Below, piece by piece: positions 27,001 to 39,890 of a stretch of DNA of 64,000 nucleotides. The DNA is from Phyllosticta citribraziliensis (lineage: Eukaryota). The translations under genes and the position numbers were made by a program. The first letter of the stretch is position 1. Every line of letters begins with the position of its first letter. The notes below the pieces were generated by a model. That model was not told where the DNA came from. It ran no database searches and was given only the letters and a program-made list of their open reading frames with translations. Location of the stretch: positions 1,364,001 through 1,428,000 of the forward strand of contig NW_027117342.1 in assembly GCF_038025025.1 (NCBI RefSeq), given 5' to 3'.

Positions 27001-29779
27001 TCTACTAATATAGGAAATAATATAACCTATAATATTCTATTTAGTCTCCTCTACTATATCTTTAGTAAAGTGATTATAGTTTTATTTAATTTTATTTTAT
27101 ATAAGGAGGGTCTAGTATTTATATAAGGGGTCTTCTCTATTAGTAAGAAGAGGAGGATTAGGAACCTTACTACTTTAGTATTTCTTACTACTTAAAGATA
27201 AAGTAGAGGTTTTAGTAGTAGTTTCTCTTATATAGGTAGAAGGATCTTAAGAGAGGGTAATAGGTCTTAGGTACTAAACTAATAAAGAGGGCCTAATATA
27301 TCCTTCCCTTAGAACTTCCCTAAGTCTATTAGTATAGTTTAAGAGTATTTACTTAAGAGCCCAGTTCTACCTTCATATATAGTTTAGTTACTACTATACT
27401 TAAGACTTATTTAAGGATATAATCTTAGATTTAAATTAATTAATATCTAAGTATAGTACCTTTACAAACACCTCTATAACTAGAGCTTAAACTATATAAG
27501 TTAACCCTAGGTCTTAGGTATATTCTTTTACCTCTACTACTAGGACTAAGTAGAAATTATATAGGAGAATAGGGGTAGGTCCCCTCTTATTATTATTTAA
27601 TAAGTATCTAGTATTATATAAATCTTTAGTCCCTTTACACAAATCTTATTAAGTTGATTAACTAGTACTAATACCTTTAGTAGTACTAGATATATTAGCT
27701 TTATTCTTAGCCATACTATCTTTATAGTCTTCTACTTAGAATATCCCTTAAGTAGGTTATAGATAGGACACCTCCTAGATATTTATATACTACCCTATAG
27801 CCTTAACTAAAGACTTCTATAGTTAATATATACTTAATACTCCTTAGTCCTTAGATAACACTAATGCGCCTAATAAAGATAACTTAGGTTTACCAGGGAA
27901 AAGTAATAAGCAGTCTTATATAAGACTATAGCTATATATAACATTACTTAGGTTAAATATTATAATACCTTTATAGGTAAAGAAGTAGGATAGAGCTAAA
28001 ACTTAGAATAATCTTTTATATCTATTATAACTTATAGATTTCTTATTATATAGGTAAGGGCTAAAGGTAAACTACTAGAGAATATATATATATCTTAATT
28101 AAATCTAATAAGTTAAAAGAATAAAATATAAAAGATACTTACTACCTATATATTTCCTAGTCCTTCCTTTATACTATTCTACCTCTTATCCTTTATATAA
28201 GGGTCCTTGGTTATTATTAGGTAAGTTATAAAGGTAAGGTATTAATGGGCTATTATATAGTATCTACCTAGGGCTATAGTGGCTAATACCAGGCTATAGT
28301 AGCTAGTACCAGCCTATAGGTTTTGGCCTAAGCTATAGCAGGCTGCTGCCTGAGGTGAGGCTTGTACTTCTTATAACCGCGCAATGCTAGGTTTGTCCAT
28401 ACTGGCCCTAGTACTTATATAGGCGCGTATACGCCTATCGTAACAAGATTCTTATAGCTATTATTATCTAAAAAGGTAGTAGTATTATAATCTACTAATT
28501 TATTAGTAGTACCTAATATTTAATTATTATCTCCTAGGACTTACTATTCTTTACTAGTATCTAAGTTATACTATTTATTATTAATATTATAGTTAGATTT
28601 AGGTTCTAAGTTATAACTATTAATACTATCCTTATAAGTAGATAAGGCAGTTATATTCTTAGTTACCTTTATAAAACCTGGCTATATATTAAGTAGCAAT
28701 ATAGATCTTATTAAGAGTTTATTATTAGAAGGACTAAAGTTATTAGAACTATTAAGGTAAAGTAGGTTATAATCTAGTATTTCCTTATATAGTTTACTAC
28801 CTTTAATACTAATCTACTAGTTAATTAGGTCTATATACTCCTATAGACCCTCCTACTCTTTACTCTTACTAGTAGTATTATAATACTAATTATCCTCTTC
28901 CTTAATACTACTATTTATAGGAGACTTCTCTCTAGTATCTAGTATTATACCTTTCTATACTAGTAGTAATAGAATTATAGGAATACTAGATAGCTGAGGA
29001 TATAGGTCTAGTAGTAGAGGGAGTATAGTATTAAGATGCTAAGGTTATATAGTAGTAGAATTATAGGTTAATAGGCTGATAAAGAGGATAGAGGTAGCTA
29101 TTATAGAAGGTAATAAGTCTTAATACTAATAGGGAATTATCTACTAGGTCTAATAGGGCTAATTCTTAGTTATATAGTATCTATCTCTTAAGGTGTATAG
29201 TCCTGCCCTACTTAATTATTATAAAGGTAGAGGGTTAGTAGTATTATAGTAGTAGAAGGTAAGGTAGTAGTTTTTATAACTAGCTAATTATCCTCCTTTA
29301 TAGTCCTTAATATTTTATCTTCTAATACTTACTATCTACTAAATTATCTTCCCTCTCTTATTCTTTATACCTTACTAAAAGTCTATCTCTTAAGAAATAC
29401 CTCTCTTACTAATTAATAAATATACCCCCTTACTAGGAAATTACCTAGTATCCTACTCCTATTCCTTAATACTCCTATAGTTTACTCTCTTACTAAAATT
29501 AATAACTTTAAGCTAACTACCTATTAACTCCCTTTTTCTGGCCTATTACTTAGTATATATTAAAATTAAAATACCTAAATGCCTAGAATATATAAATATA
29601 ACTCTACTTAGTAGAGAAAGAGGGTAGCACCTAATCTATAGGCTAGAGGTTTATTAAGTCTAAGCTATAAGGCTCCTAATATTTAGGATATACCTTATTA
29701 TAGACTTTATTAGGAAACTCTATAATATCTTATAACTATTCCTTAGTAGATAGTCCTACCTATTATATTTTTAGTCTAT

Positions 29780-32700
29780 CTGCTTTATACTAGGTCTCCT
29801 TTTATAATTACTCTATTAATTTAGCCTGAGCTTTATTATTATTAGCTGGTATTACTTATTACTATATTTAATTCTTAGTAGTGGTATCTGTTATAGCCTT
29901 CTATCCTAGTAGTTAGTTATACTACTTATAAGTAATAAAGACCTTAATATTATTAATATAGTATGTGCTAATAGGTAATCCTAAATAAAGGTTAGTTAAT
30001 ATAATAGACTAGCCTCTAAAGTATACCTATAATACCTAGTATAGTCCTACCTATTATAGTTTAAGTTTCTTCCCCCTTTAATTATTAAGAGTATAGTATC
30101 TTAGTAATACTAAGTTGCCTTATAGTAGAGGTAGCTACTATATTATATCTTCTACTTATTAGGCTATCTTCTATTACTATACTAAGTACTTATTAAGTGC
30201 CTATTCCTAAATCTTATTAAGCTATATAAGCTATACTTTAAAATTAATAGCTACTATAGTCTTATCTACCTTGATATTATAGCTGCTAGCTTTAAATATA
30301 GCTTAGATAGAGTCTATAATAATTATAGATATTATATTAGGTTACTTATATTATTAAGGTTAAAATCTATAAAGAAGCTTATTAGGTAAGAATCTATATA
30401 TATAGGAAACTTATAAATTTAGTATATATATAATGTCCTTAAGGAGCGTGTCCTACTTATATATTTATTCTAATAATTCTTAAATATATTTAATAATAGT
30501 ATACTATACTATCTTAATATAGGATTCTATAAGGCCTATAGATTATAGATATTCTATATTACTATAAAGGTACTTAATCTTCCTTATATCTAGTAGACCT
30601 ATAAAGTCCTTTCTATAGAAATGTGAGCTATTATCTATATAGGTTACCTATATCTAATTAATAGGCTTAATAATAATATCTTCTAGATTCTTAATTATCT
30701 CCTTTACTATTACTCCTAATAATGCATAAATCTAGACCTTCTTAGTAAAATAGTTAACTATTATAAGGATATAGTAATTACCTTATACTATAATAGGAGT
30801 TAGGGGTCCTAGGTAATCTAGAGTAACTAAGTTAAGGGGTTATAGTTATATAACTAGAATAGTTCCTACTAATAGTTAGAGAGGTCTAGTTAGTTAATAT
30901 AAAGGATATAACTAAGTATAGTCCTAGGTATCCTTTAAGTAAGTTAGCTAGTAGTAGTATCTAATTAACTTTACTAGTATAGGGTTACTTCTAAAATAGC
31001 TATAAGAGTTATAGTATTTATATAATACCCTTAGTATATCTAGCTCCTTAATATACTAACTGAGTTTTCCCTTTTACTCTTTAAATATTAAGTAGGGTGG
31101 ACTGGTCCTAGGCTTAATAAGGGTAAAATACCTTACCTAGTAGTAGATTTTCCTTATATATATAGAATTTAAAGATATCCCCTCCTCTAACTTAGGTACT
31201 ATACCTATTAGCTTATATTAGATAATATCTCTATACTAGTAGTCTAATATTTAGGGGTCCTAATAGTCTAGTCTTCTAGTAATAGTATTATTAATAGTAC
31301 CCCTATTAATAGTAAATACTTAATGCTTAAAGCTATTATTAAAATTAAGCTTATTATATAGTTAGCTAATTTATAAGAGTCTATTAGCTATAATATTAAC
31401 TTATCCTAGGATATACTAAATATCTATATAGAATTTAAAGAGCCTATACTCCTATTATAAAATCCTACCTATTATGTCTAGTAAGTTAATTATATTAATT
31501 AAGGTAATATAATTAGTATATACCTTAATAGGGAATTTTAAGCCTATAATAAGCTAATATACTTCCTTAAGGTATTAAACTAATACTAGTACTTCTAATT
31601 TAGTAGTCTTATATTATATTTTAGTATCTAATAGGCTATAACTTATAAATATTACTACCTCCTATTACTCTAGTGGTATAGCTAGTATAGATGTGCTAAT
31701 AGGAACTATAGGAATCTAGAAGAATATGCCCCCTAATCTAGTCTTTAAGGTATTAATAGATAGGTAGTACTAGTATCTCTTATCCCTACCTACTAATATA
31801 ATATACTAGATTACTTCTTAGATCTTCTTAAATACCTATTAGTATGGCTTATACTATATAAATTCTTTAATAATCTACTTCTTCTTATACTTCTTCCCCT
31901 TTTCTAACTTATTAACTAGGACTATCTCTATAATAAGAGTGGTTTTAAGGATTTTAATAAGGTTGGCTCTTCTTAGAATATAATAGTATAAGAAAGGTAG
32001 AATATCTATAAATTACTTTAATTTAACTTTATTATATAGAGGTACCTAGTTATAGAAGGCTTTAACCTTATTAATAGAAGGCTAGTAACCCTTAGGTATC
32101 TTCTAAAATCCTAGAACCTTAATAGTACTATAGAAAAATCTTAACTTTTTAGGGTTTAGGGTTAGTTTAGCCTATACTATATAAGGGAAGTAAGCTTTAT
32201 ATAGAAAGTTATATAAGAAGTTAAAAGTTACTACTCCTCTAAAAATATTATTAATAAAGTAATAAAATACTAGGAATCTAGGTAACTACTAATTAAGAGG
32301 AGCTTTACTATATAGTCCTAGAATAAAACTAGTAACTAAGTCTATTAGCTTAGTATATATTACTAGAGTACTAGTTAGGCCTTAACCTATATATATATAG
32401 GTAAGTTAATTAAGAGTTTATTACGACTTGCAGATTTCTTATTATACAGGTAAGGGCTAAAGGCAAACTGCTAGAGAATATATATATATCTTAATTAAAT
32501 CTAATAAGTTAAAAGAATAAAATATAAAAGATACTTACTACCTATATATTTCCTAGTTCTTCCTTTATACTATTCTACCTCTTATCCTTTATATAAGGGT
32601 CCTTGGTTATTATTAGGTAAGTTATAAAGGTGAGGTGTTGATGGGCTATTATATAGTATCTGCCTAGGGCTATAGTAGCTGGTGCCAGGCTATAGTGGCT

Positions 32701-34655
32701 GGTGCTAGCCTGTGGGTTTTAGCCTGAGCTATAGTAGGCTACTGCCTGAGGTGAGGCTTGTACTTCTTGTAACTGCGCAACGCCGGGTTTGTCTATACTG
32801 GCCCTGGTACTCGCGTAGGCGCGTGTACGCCTATCGTGATAGAGTTAAGGTAAATATAGTCTTATATATATTACTTAGAATAATAGGGACTGCCTAATAT
32901 CTATTAGAATAATCTATAGTAAATATATACTTATACTATAACTAGCTAAGCTTATTAAGTATTAGCTTAATTTACTTTATAGGATAAGTAGACTTCCTAG
33001 TTATATTATTAAGGGTATAAAAGGTATAGACTATCTATAAATCTCTAGACTTCTTATATAGGAACTAGGTTTTAGTAGACTATTCTAATACTATATATTT
33101 TAATACTCTAGCCTTTACTAACTTAATAAGGTTATTAGTCTGCTAATACTCTTCTTTTAGAGTATATAGAGGTAGCTTTATAGTATAGGGCTTTACCTAA
33201 GTATATATTAGGATATAATATTTAATGAGGTTAGTATATAGTATATCCCTAATCTTCTATATAAATATATCCTACTAAGTCTATAATATTATCCCTACCT
33301 TCTTTAATTACTATATATCTAGGATTAGATCTCCTAAGATACTAGGGTATTTATCTAGCTATTCTTATAATACTATATTACTAGGAGGTTATTAGATTTT
33401 ATATTAGAATTTATATAGGTATTAGCTAATAGGAAACTAATTCTAGATTATAAATATTAAAGTATCTTTATTATTCTCTACCTCTATATAGAAAACTATA
33501 ATAGTATTATTATACTATAAAAGTACTCTATTATAAATCTTATTAAAACTAATATCCTTTAATAGTAATACTAGGGGAAGCCTATATTAGAATACCCTTA
33601 TCTTTCCCTTAATATTAAGGTTAGGGAAGTAACCTTCTTAGAACCTCTTATTAGGTTTCTCCCTATTATAGACCTTAGTAGTATAAGTATACTCTATTAG
33701 CTCCTAGTACTTAATATATACTTATTTAGTTAGGTATTTAGAATTAAGGTACTTATATTTTCTAATTTATATAATTTTATAATATTAAAGTCTCTTCTAA
33801 TAGTACTACCTATAGGCTGGCTAATAGTTATTCTATAATTTATTAAGAGGTTAACTATTATACTATTTCTCTTTTACTATATATAAGTATAGGTCTAGGT
33901 AGTTTTCCTATAGGGTAATATTAATTAGGTATTTTAATAGTAATAGTAACTCTCTATCCTAATCTATCTTTAAGAGATACTACTAGGTTAGAACTAAGGC
34001 TACTACTACTATATATACTACTATTATTAGGTTATCTTACTTATATATAGGAAGTCTAACTAGTAGGAGATTCCTACTTACTATAACTATAGTAGATGTA
34101 TTAGTTACTTTAATCTCTATATCTAATATAGGCTATTAAGTCTTAATAATATTATCTAGGGAATAGTAATAGATAATATCCTTCTTATTAATTCCTACTA
34201 TACTAATTATAGTAGCTAGGGGTTCTTTACTCTCTATAGAGTTTACTTTTATAGTTATAAATCTTACTAACTTAAGGGATGCTACTATAGATAGGCTAGT
34301 AAATTTATAGTACTTAACTAGAAAGGGCTATTATATAGGGGGTGGTTAAGATGCCTTAGGGTATAATATTATTAATTTAGTATTACTTACTAGGTCTTAC
34401 TCCTTAATACTAACTACTCCTAGCTTAGTAGTTAGTAATATATATTTCCTAAATATTTAAAATAGTAAGTATCCTCTAGATTACTATTACTTAAGTTATA
34501 GTTTTTAGTATCCTTACTTATATTATAGCTAAAACTATTAGGACTAAAGCCTAACTTAAGGAGTAACTTTAATAAATATATCTCTACTTCTTCTAGGGTA
34601 ATATTATTATTATCTCCCTCCTCCTTATTACTACTATCCTCCTTAAGTAGGTCTA
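29780..34655 (-). pseudogene. Family A pol (RT-RNase H-integrase), RIP-degraded, interrupted by a solo LTR
   Basis: RT, RNase H and integrase motifs in Gypsy order on minus; GPY/F-like KLEPRWAGLYQV near 30040-30070. Boundaries approximate. Confidence 0.85.
32419..32841 (-). mobile_element. Family B solo LTR (423 bp) inside the RT domain of element A
   Basis: Full LTR with no internal sequence, flanked by TSD GAGTT at 32414-32418 and 32842-32846. This is the signature of LTR-LTR recombination. Confidence 0.95.
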
Positions 34656-35582
34656 GTAGTGTCAGCCTAGGGCAGGACCTTAGGAAAACAACTCTACTAG
34701 TAAAGACTCCTTAATAAAAACTATCTCCTAGAAAATTATCTAGTTTAGTAGGGGGAGATTAATTATATAACTAATTATATAATTTTATATAAATACCTAG
34801 TTTTTCTAAAGTACTCTATTTAGTAATTCTAAATTTATAGCTCTATTCTTTATTCTATAATAACCTTCTATAAATAGCTCTTTTAATCTTTCTATTATTT
34901 ATATTTCCTAGTAGGGACTAAGATTTATTTTCTCTAAAATAGTATAGAGTTTTTAGATAGGGTTTTTAAGTTTAAATAAGTAGAAAAAGGTATTAAATAA
35001 AGGAGAGAAAATCTATACCTTAGGTAGGAACTTTTAGTATAGAAAGAGTATATTTATTTTTTACTCTCCTCTCTCTAGACTAAGTCTATAAGGCTAGACT
35101 ATATACTTCTTCCTTAATCCTTATATATTATATAATATTAGTGAGCCTAAGGTAGTCTCTAAGCTAAGTCTACTCTACTATCTTATATCTTACTATAGGT
35201 CTATCTAGCTATCCCTTAGCTATCTCTTATATAGGTTAAATTAAGAAGAATAAAATATAGAAGTATAGGTTATTATAGAAAAGAAGTTTATAAAATTAAA
35301 TTATTAGTACTAAAGTTTAAAAACTATATATAAAGTACCTATTAACTATTCTTAGCCTATTTCCTAATCTTATATAGAAGGGAAGAAAAATAAGATAAGC
35401 TAAAAGTCTATACTATAAGTAGGGGTATTAAGAAATAAAAATAAGTAAAGAGAAAGTAGAGACTTATAAATTCCCCTAGGATAATACCTATTAATAGGGT
35501 TTACTATTATTAATAAAAAGAAAAACTCTAAACTAGTTCTAAGTTTTTAACTACTAAGACTAGTAAGTACTAAAATAAAGTA

Positions 35583-38090
35583 CTAATACTCTATATCTAT
35601 AACTTTATTACCCTTAGGCTAGGGAGTAGTAGATTAAGTCTAGAGCTCTATATTATACTCTTTCTTAAGCCTCTTATACTATATATAGGTATTAAGGGTA
35701 TTAGCTATTAGGTATAACTTAATAATAGTAATATAGGTATTCTACTTAGTCTAATCTTCTATAAATACTATCTTAACTATAGATTAGACTTTAACTAAGT
35801 CCTAAGATACTCTTCTAACTAAAGTATTATAGATAGGGCTTATACCTTCTAAGGTAATAGTTAAAGGGTCTATTTCTTAAGGAATAGGCTACTTTTATCT
35901 AGCTAAATTCTATATAGATAGGATCTAAGCCTAAAGATATCTTTTTAAGTCTTAAGTATTATAGGAGAAGATACTATACTTAAGGAAATTAAGGGTACTA
36001 TCCTATTCTATAATATAGGCTATATAGATTATATATACCTTTAGGTTCTCTTTCTTATCCTTATTATAGATTACTAGGTATTAGAAACTACTAAGACTAG
36101 TATAAGAGATAAAGCTACCTTTTAAAGGCTCTTCTCTATAGACCTTAGCCTCTATATTACTTAGAAAGGCTATACTATAACTATTAGACTTCTCTAGCTC
36201 TTTATAATACTTTATCTAGTTATTAAATATATAATAATAGGTAACCTAGATTTTATATATCTCTTAGTATAAAGGTAATATAACTTAGATAATACTTTCT
36301 ATAGCTTCTTTTTAAGTAGTTATACCTTTAAAACTAGTAATATAGTATAGTTACTAAATAGTAGAAGTTTAAAGAGGTTAAGGGTAAATAAGTAATATAT
36401 ACTTACTATTACTATATATAATAACTACCTACTTCTATATTTAAAGAGATATAGTAGCTACTTACTATATAATAGTAAAGAAGGTTCTAAAAAGAAGGCT
36501 ATTATAGCTTTTTATAGAGGATATATCTTATCTAATAAAGTTAATTCCCTCTTAAATTATCTTTATTATTAGGTTATTATAACTAACCTATAGCTATTTA
36601 CTACTAAAGATACTATTAGCTATATTTATAATAATCCTTATTTTAAGCTATACTTTATTACACTTCTCCTTAACTATATCCTAGAAGTAGGTAGCATTAG
36701 TTAATATAAAAGGCTTCTAGAATCCTATTTTAGTATAGAGAGTAAGTAGGGTAGGGTAAGGATTACTATAAGTAATTAAGAGGAACTAGTTAAAATTCTA
36801 ATAGACTACTATAATAAAAGTATCTTTATTAATAAACTCCTTAACTTCTTCTTAAATATCTTTAGTATCCTTTTTAAAGTCCTAGATCTAAAGGTAGAGG
36901 AAATATTAAAGCTAGAAAAGATACTCTTTATAAGTTAGTATCTTATCTTAGTTAATATATTCTTTAATAATTACTATATAAGTTACTACCTTAGCCTTAC
37001 CCTTATTAAGTAGAGAGAAGTAGTCTAGGTGACTATTCTCTATACTATATTTATAAGACTCCTTAATCTTACCTATATAGAGTTAGTAATAGTTCTATTA
37101 CTCCTACTCCTAGTACTATACCTTAGATATATAGACTAGATTAGCTAAGCTAAGATAGGTAAGTATATTAACTAGGGTCTTTAACTTTTTTATAACTAGC
37201 TAATTAGTAATAGGGGGAAGGCTATAATAATTTTAGTAGGCTTATAGAGTACCTAAGATATTATTATTAGGTAGCTCCTCTTTATTAAAAAGCTCCTAAA
37301 TTTACTTAGTCCTTAATACTAGATTATTAGATTTATTATAGTAATAATAATCTAACTATTTTATAATAGGGTTAATATCTACTTTAACTCTTTTTATATT
37401 ATAGATATTAAGTTATCCCCTATTAGGAGCCTAGTAGGTAGTAGTATACTATCTAGTTTTAATCTAGTTATTAATAGCCTTTTTAGTAAGGGCTATATTA
37501 TTAGGGGTAGGGAAGGGAGTCTTTAACTTATTACTATAGCCTTAGTAAGTAGAGTAGATAAGGACTAAGTACTTAAGAGCTAGCTAGTTAAGAAGTACTA
37601 TAAGCTTAATAAGAGGTATAAACTTATAGGCTATATAGATAATAGTCTTAGTATAGCCTTCTTCTAGTATACTAAACTACTCTTCTTAAAACTCCCCTTT
37701 CTAAGTATTATTAATACTATTAAAGTTATCCTTAATCCTCTTTTCCTTAGGCCTTATTATAGTATAGATAGCTAACTATTACTAGTAGAAATCTTTAATA
37801 AATTTCTTAAAATAGCCTTTAAAGATCTTCTTATAGTCTTCCCTTATCTTAATACTATTAAAAATATAGTTAAATAGATAGTATATAATATTAAGGCCCT
37901 CCTTAACCTTAGTAGTAAAGCTTTTAAGAACTATTTCCTAATCTATCTTAGAGCTAGTTATAATAACTAAGAGGAAATAATTATAGTAGTTACTAGTATT
38001 CTTTATTTTAGTTAAGTTATACTTAACTAAATCCTAAATAACCTTATTCTTATTTTAGCCTTTAGGCTTAGTATTATTAGGAGCTATAGT
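35583..38090 (-). pseudogene. Family C accessory ORF downstream of pol (~830 codons), unknown product
   Basis: A single minus-strand frame reads as globular/helical protein over 2.5 kb (e.g. YFLYLxIxDFKKDxKDIxEEVKE, YKELEKS, EAKVxREEPL, KRLKKEY). Stops seen are RIP-type TAA/TAG. Ends approximate. Confidence 0.6.
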
Positions 38091-39735
38091 TATAATAAAA
38101 ATCTTTCTCTAAATATGTATAGAGTATTCTTTAAAGAGAGTAGAGAATGTGTATTTATAGGAGGTATAAATTATTTATAGAAACTAAGTATAATAAAGTA
38201 GGTAATAGACTAATAGGAAATAAGGTTTAGAAAGGTAGTAGTAGGTAGTTATTATTTATTATCTAGGTAGTATATAGGCCTTACTAGTAATACTTACTTA
38301 TAGTATTAAGTTATAGGTAAGTTGTAAGCTTTTAACCTAACTATATAGGTAGTATCTAGGTAGGAGTAGCAGGTACTAGTAATATAAAGGTATAATAATA
38401 GGTATACCTAATTAAAGATATATAGGTGAAAATAAGGCTATAAGCTTAAGCTAAGAGTTAATTAAGTAAGTAAAAGTAACTAAAATAGGGTAATAGGAGT
38501 GAGTTAGTAAGGTTCTAACCTTTACTAGTAAGCTAAAGCTTACTAAATAGTATAATCTAGTAAAAATAGACTTAAGATAAGCTATAGAGAGATAAAGTAA
38601 AGGTATAAAGGATAAATAATAGGTATAGAGGGAGGATAGGTAGATATAGTAGAGGTAGGGAGGGTTGGTTATTTAGAGGAGGATAAGTATATTTTATAGT
38701 AGGTAGTAGTATTAGGTTAGTACCTACTAAAGCTAAAAAGAGTAGTTATAATTATACTCCTTTTATATATAGTTATTAGGCTAGATCTAGCTTAGGATAA
38801 AAGATCTACTTTATCTAGGTAAGGCCTCTTTATCTCCTTAACTCTATTCTATCCTTCTCTTATAATCTGTCCTTATGGCTGCCTCTCTAGAATTAAGTAA
38901 GTTATCTATTTACTAAATACTATTTTTAGTCTTTTATTAATTCTTAAAGTAATTATCTCTACTCTAGGTCCTAATACCTAGCTAAACTATAAGTAGCTTA
39001 ACTTCCTGCCTTTATCCTTTATTAAGAAGTCTATAGGTACTCCCTTTTATTTACTCCTATAGTCTAGGGGTAAAGATAGGCCTTTTACCTTTAATCTTAT
39101 AAAGGATATCTATTAAGACTTTTATAATAGTACTAGTGTCTTTATGCCTTCTAAGAAGTAGGGCCTAGGCCTAGTACTTTTAGTTAGTATTTTAAGCTGG
39201 TATTAGGGTAACTAATATAAGGGTTTATTACTAAAATCCTACTATAATCTAAGTTTCTAGCCTGATTTTTATATATAAAGATATATAATAATAAGGTTGT
39301 TAAGTTTGATGTTAGGTAGTATAATATTAGACTAGGTGCCTAGGTTATTATATTACTAGATAGGATAAAGAGGGAACTAAGGAGTAAGGTTTTTCTAGGT
39401 TCTTTTTATACTTAATAAATAAGTAGGAGACCTCCTAGGAATTTATAGGGAAAATAAAAAATACTAGATTTCTAGTTTTTTAACTAGGGATTTTAAAATA
39501 AGGGTAATAGGGATCTTAATAAGATCTAATTTTTTAGTTTTCTTAGTTTTTTAAGTTAAGGGTAGTAATAGAGAGGGCCTTAGGGACTATTTATTATTAC
39601 TTTCCTAGTTATTTTTCTAGGGCTATAATAAGGGGATCCCTAGGATTTTAGCTAGTAGGGAATAGGGATTCTAGTATATTTACTTTAAAAATTAGAGTAG
39701 TAACTATAGTTACTAGTAGGTAGGGTAGGTATATA

Positions 39736-39890
39736 GTCCTAGGTATATTAGGGACTATAGCTATAGACTAGGTAGGGTGTCCTAGGGGCTTTAGAGACTA
39801 TAGCTATAGACTATATAGAGTGTCCTAGGGGCTTTAGAGACTATAGCTATAGACTATATAAGGTGTCCTAGGTGCTTTAGGGACTATAAT
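39736..39890. repeat. 43-bp tandem repeat (~3.5 copies) just downstream of family C pol
   Basis: GTCCTAGG recurs at 39736, 39779, 39822 and 39865; unit approximately GTCCTAGGGGCTTTAGAGACTATAGCTATAGACTATATAGAGT. Confidence 0.9.

Larger units (their letters stand above)
11899..28445 (-). mobile_element. Family B chromovirus copy B1 (Ty3/Gypsy, ~8.2 kb without its insert), contains copy B2
   Basis: 423-bp LTRs at 11899-12321 and 28023-28445. 5-bp TSD AGATT at 11894-11898 and 28446-28450. PPT (minus AGGGGGGGCA) at 12322-12331. Chromodomain at ~14250-14440 (WEVDRIRASR...LQYQVEW.G.D.DDQWY.A..F..AP.KI.EFH...P..AGPP). Confidence 0.95.
10306..29250 (-). pseudogene. Family A accessory ORF downstream of pol (~780 codons; pieces ~29250-28451 and 11898-10306, split by element B1), unknown product
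   Basis: One frame reads as protein across the AGATT TSD: Pro/Gln-rich start, acidic tract (KEEDD..SKSEEQEG..), charged helical core (EQRKELxKKKLLLQKAK) and Lys-rich tail (PKKKTPK). The stops seen are TAA/TAG, as expected from RIP. Ends approximate. Confidence 0.6.

Noticed and set aside
28495..28544. Apparent GTAAGT...CTAAT..TAG intron in the family A extra ORF (similar case at 36334-36406 in family C)
   Set aside because: The splice phases do not match and the frame reads through without splicing; RIP creates such motifs by chance.
32712..32897. 61-aa ORF
   Set aside because: Straddles the solo LTR and host RT junction; an artefact.
39736..39890. Regularly spaced repeats as a CRISPR-like array
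   Set aside because: Head-to-tail tandem units with no unique spacers, eukaryotic context, no cas genes.
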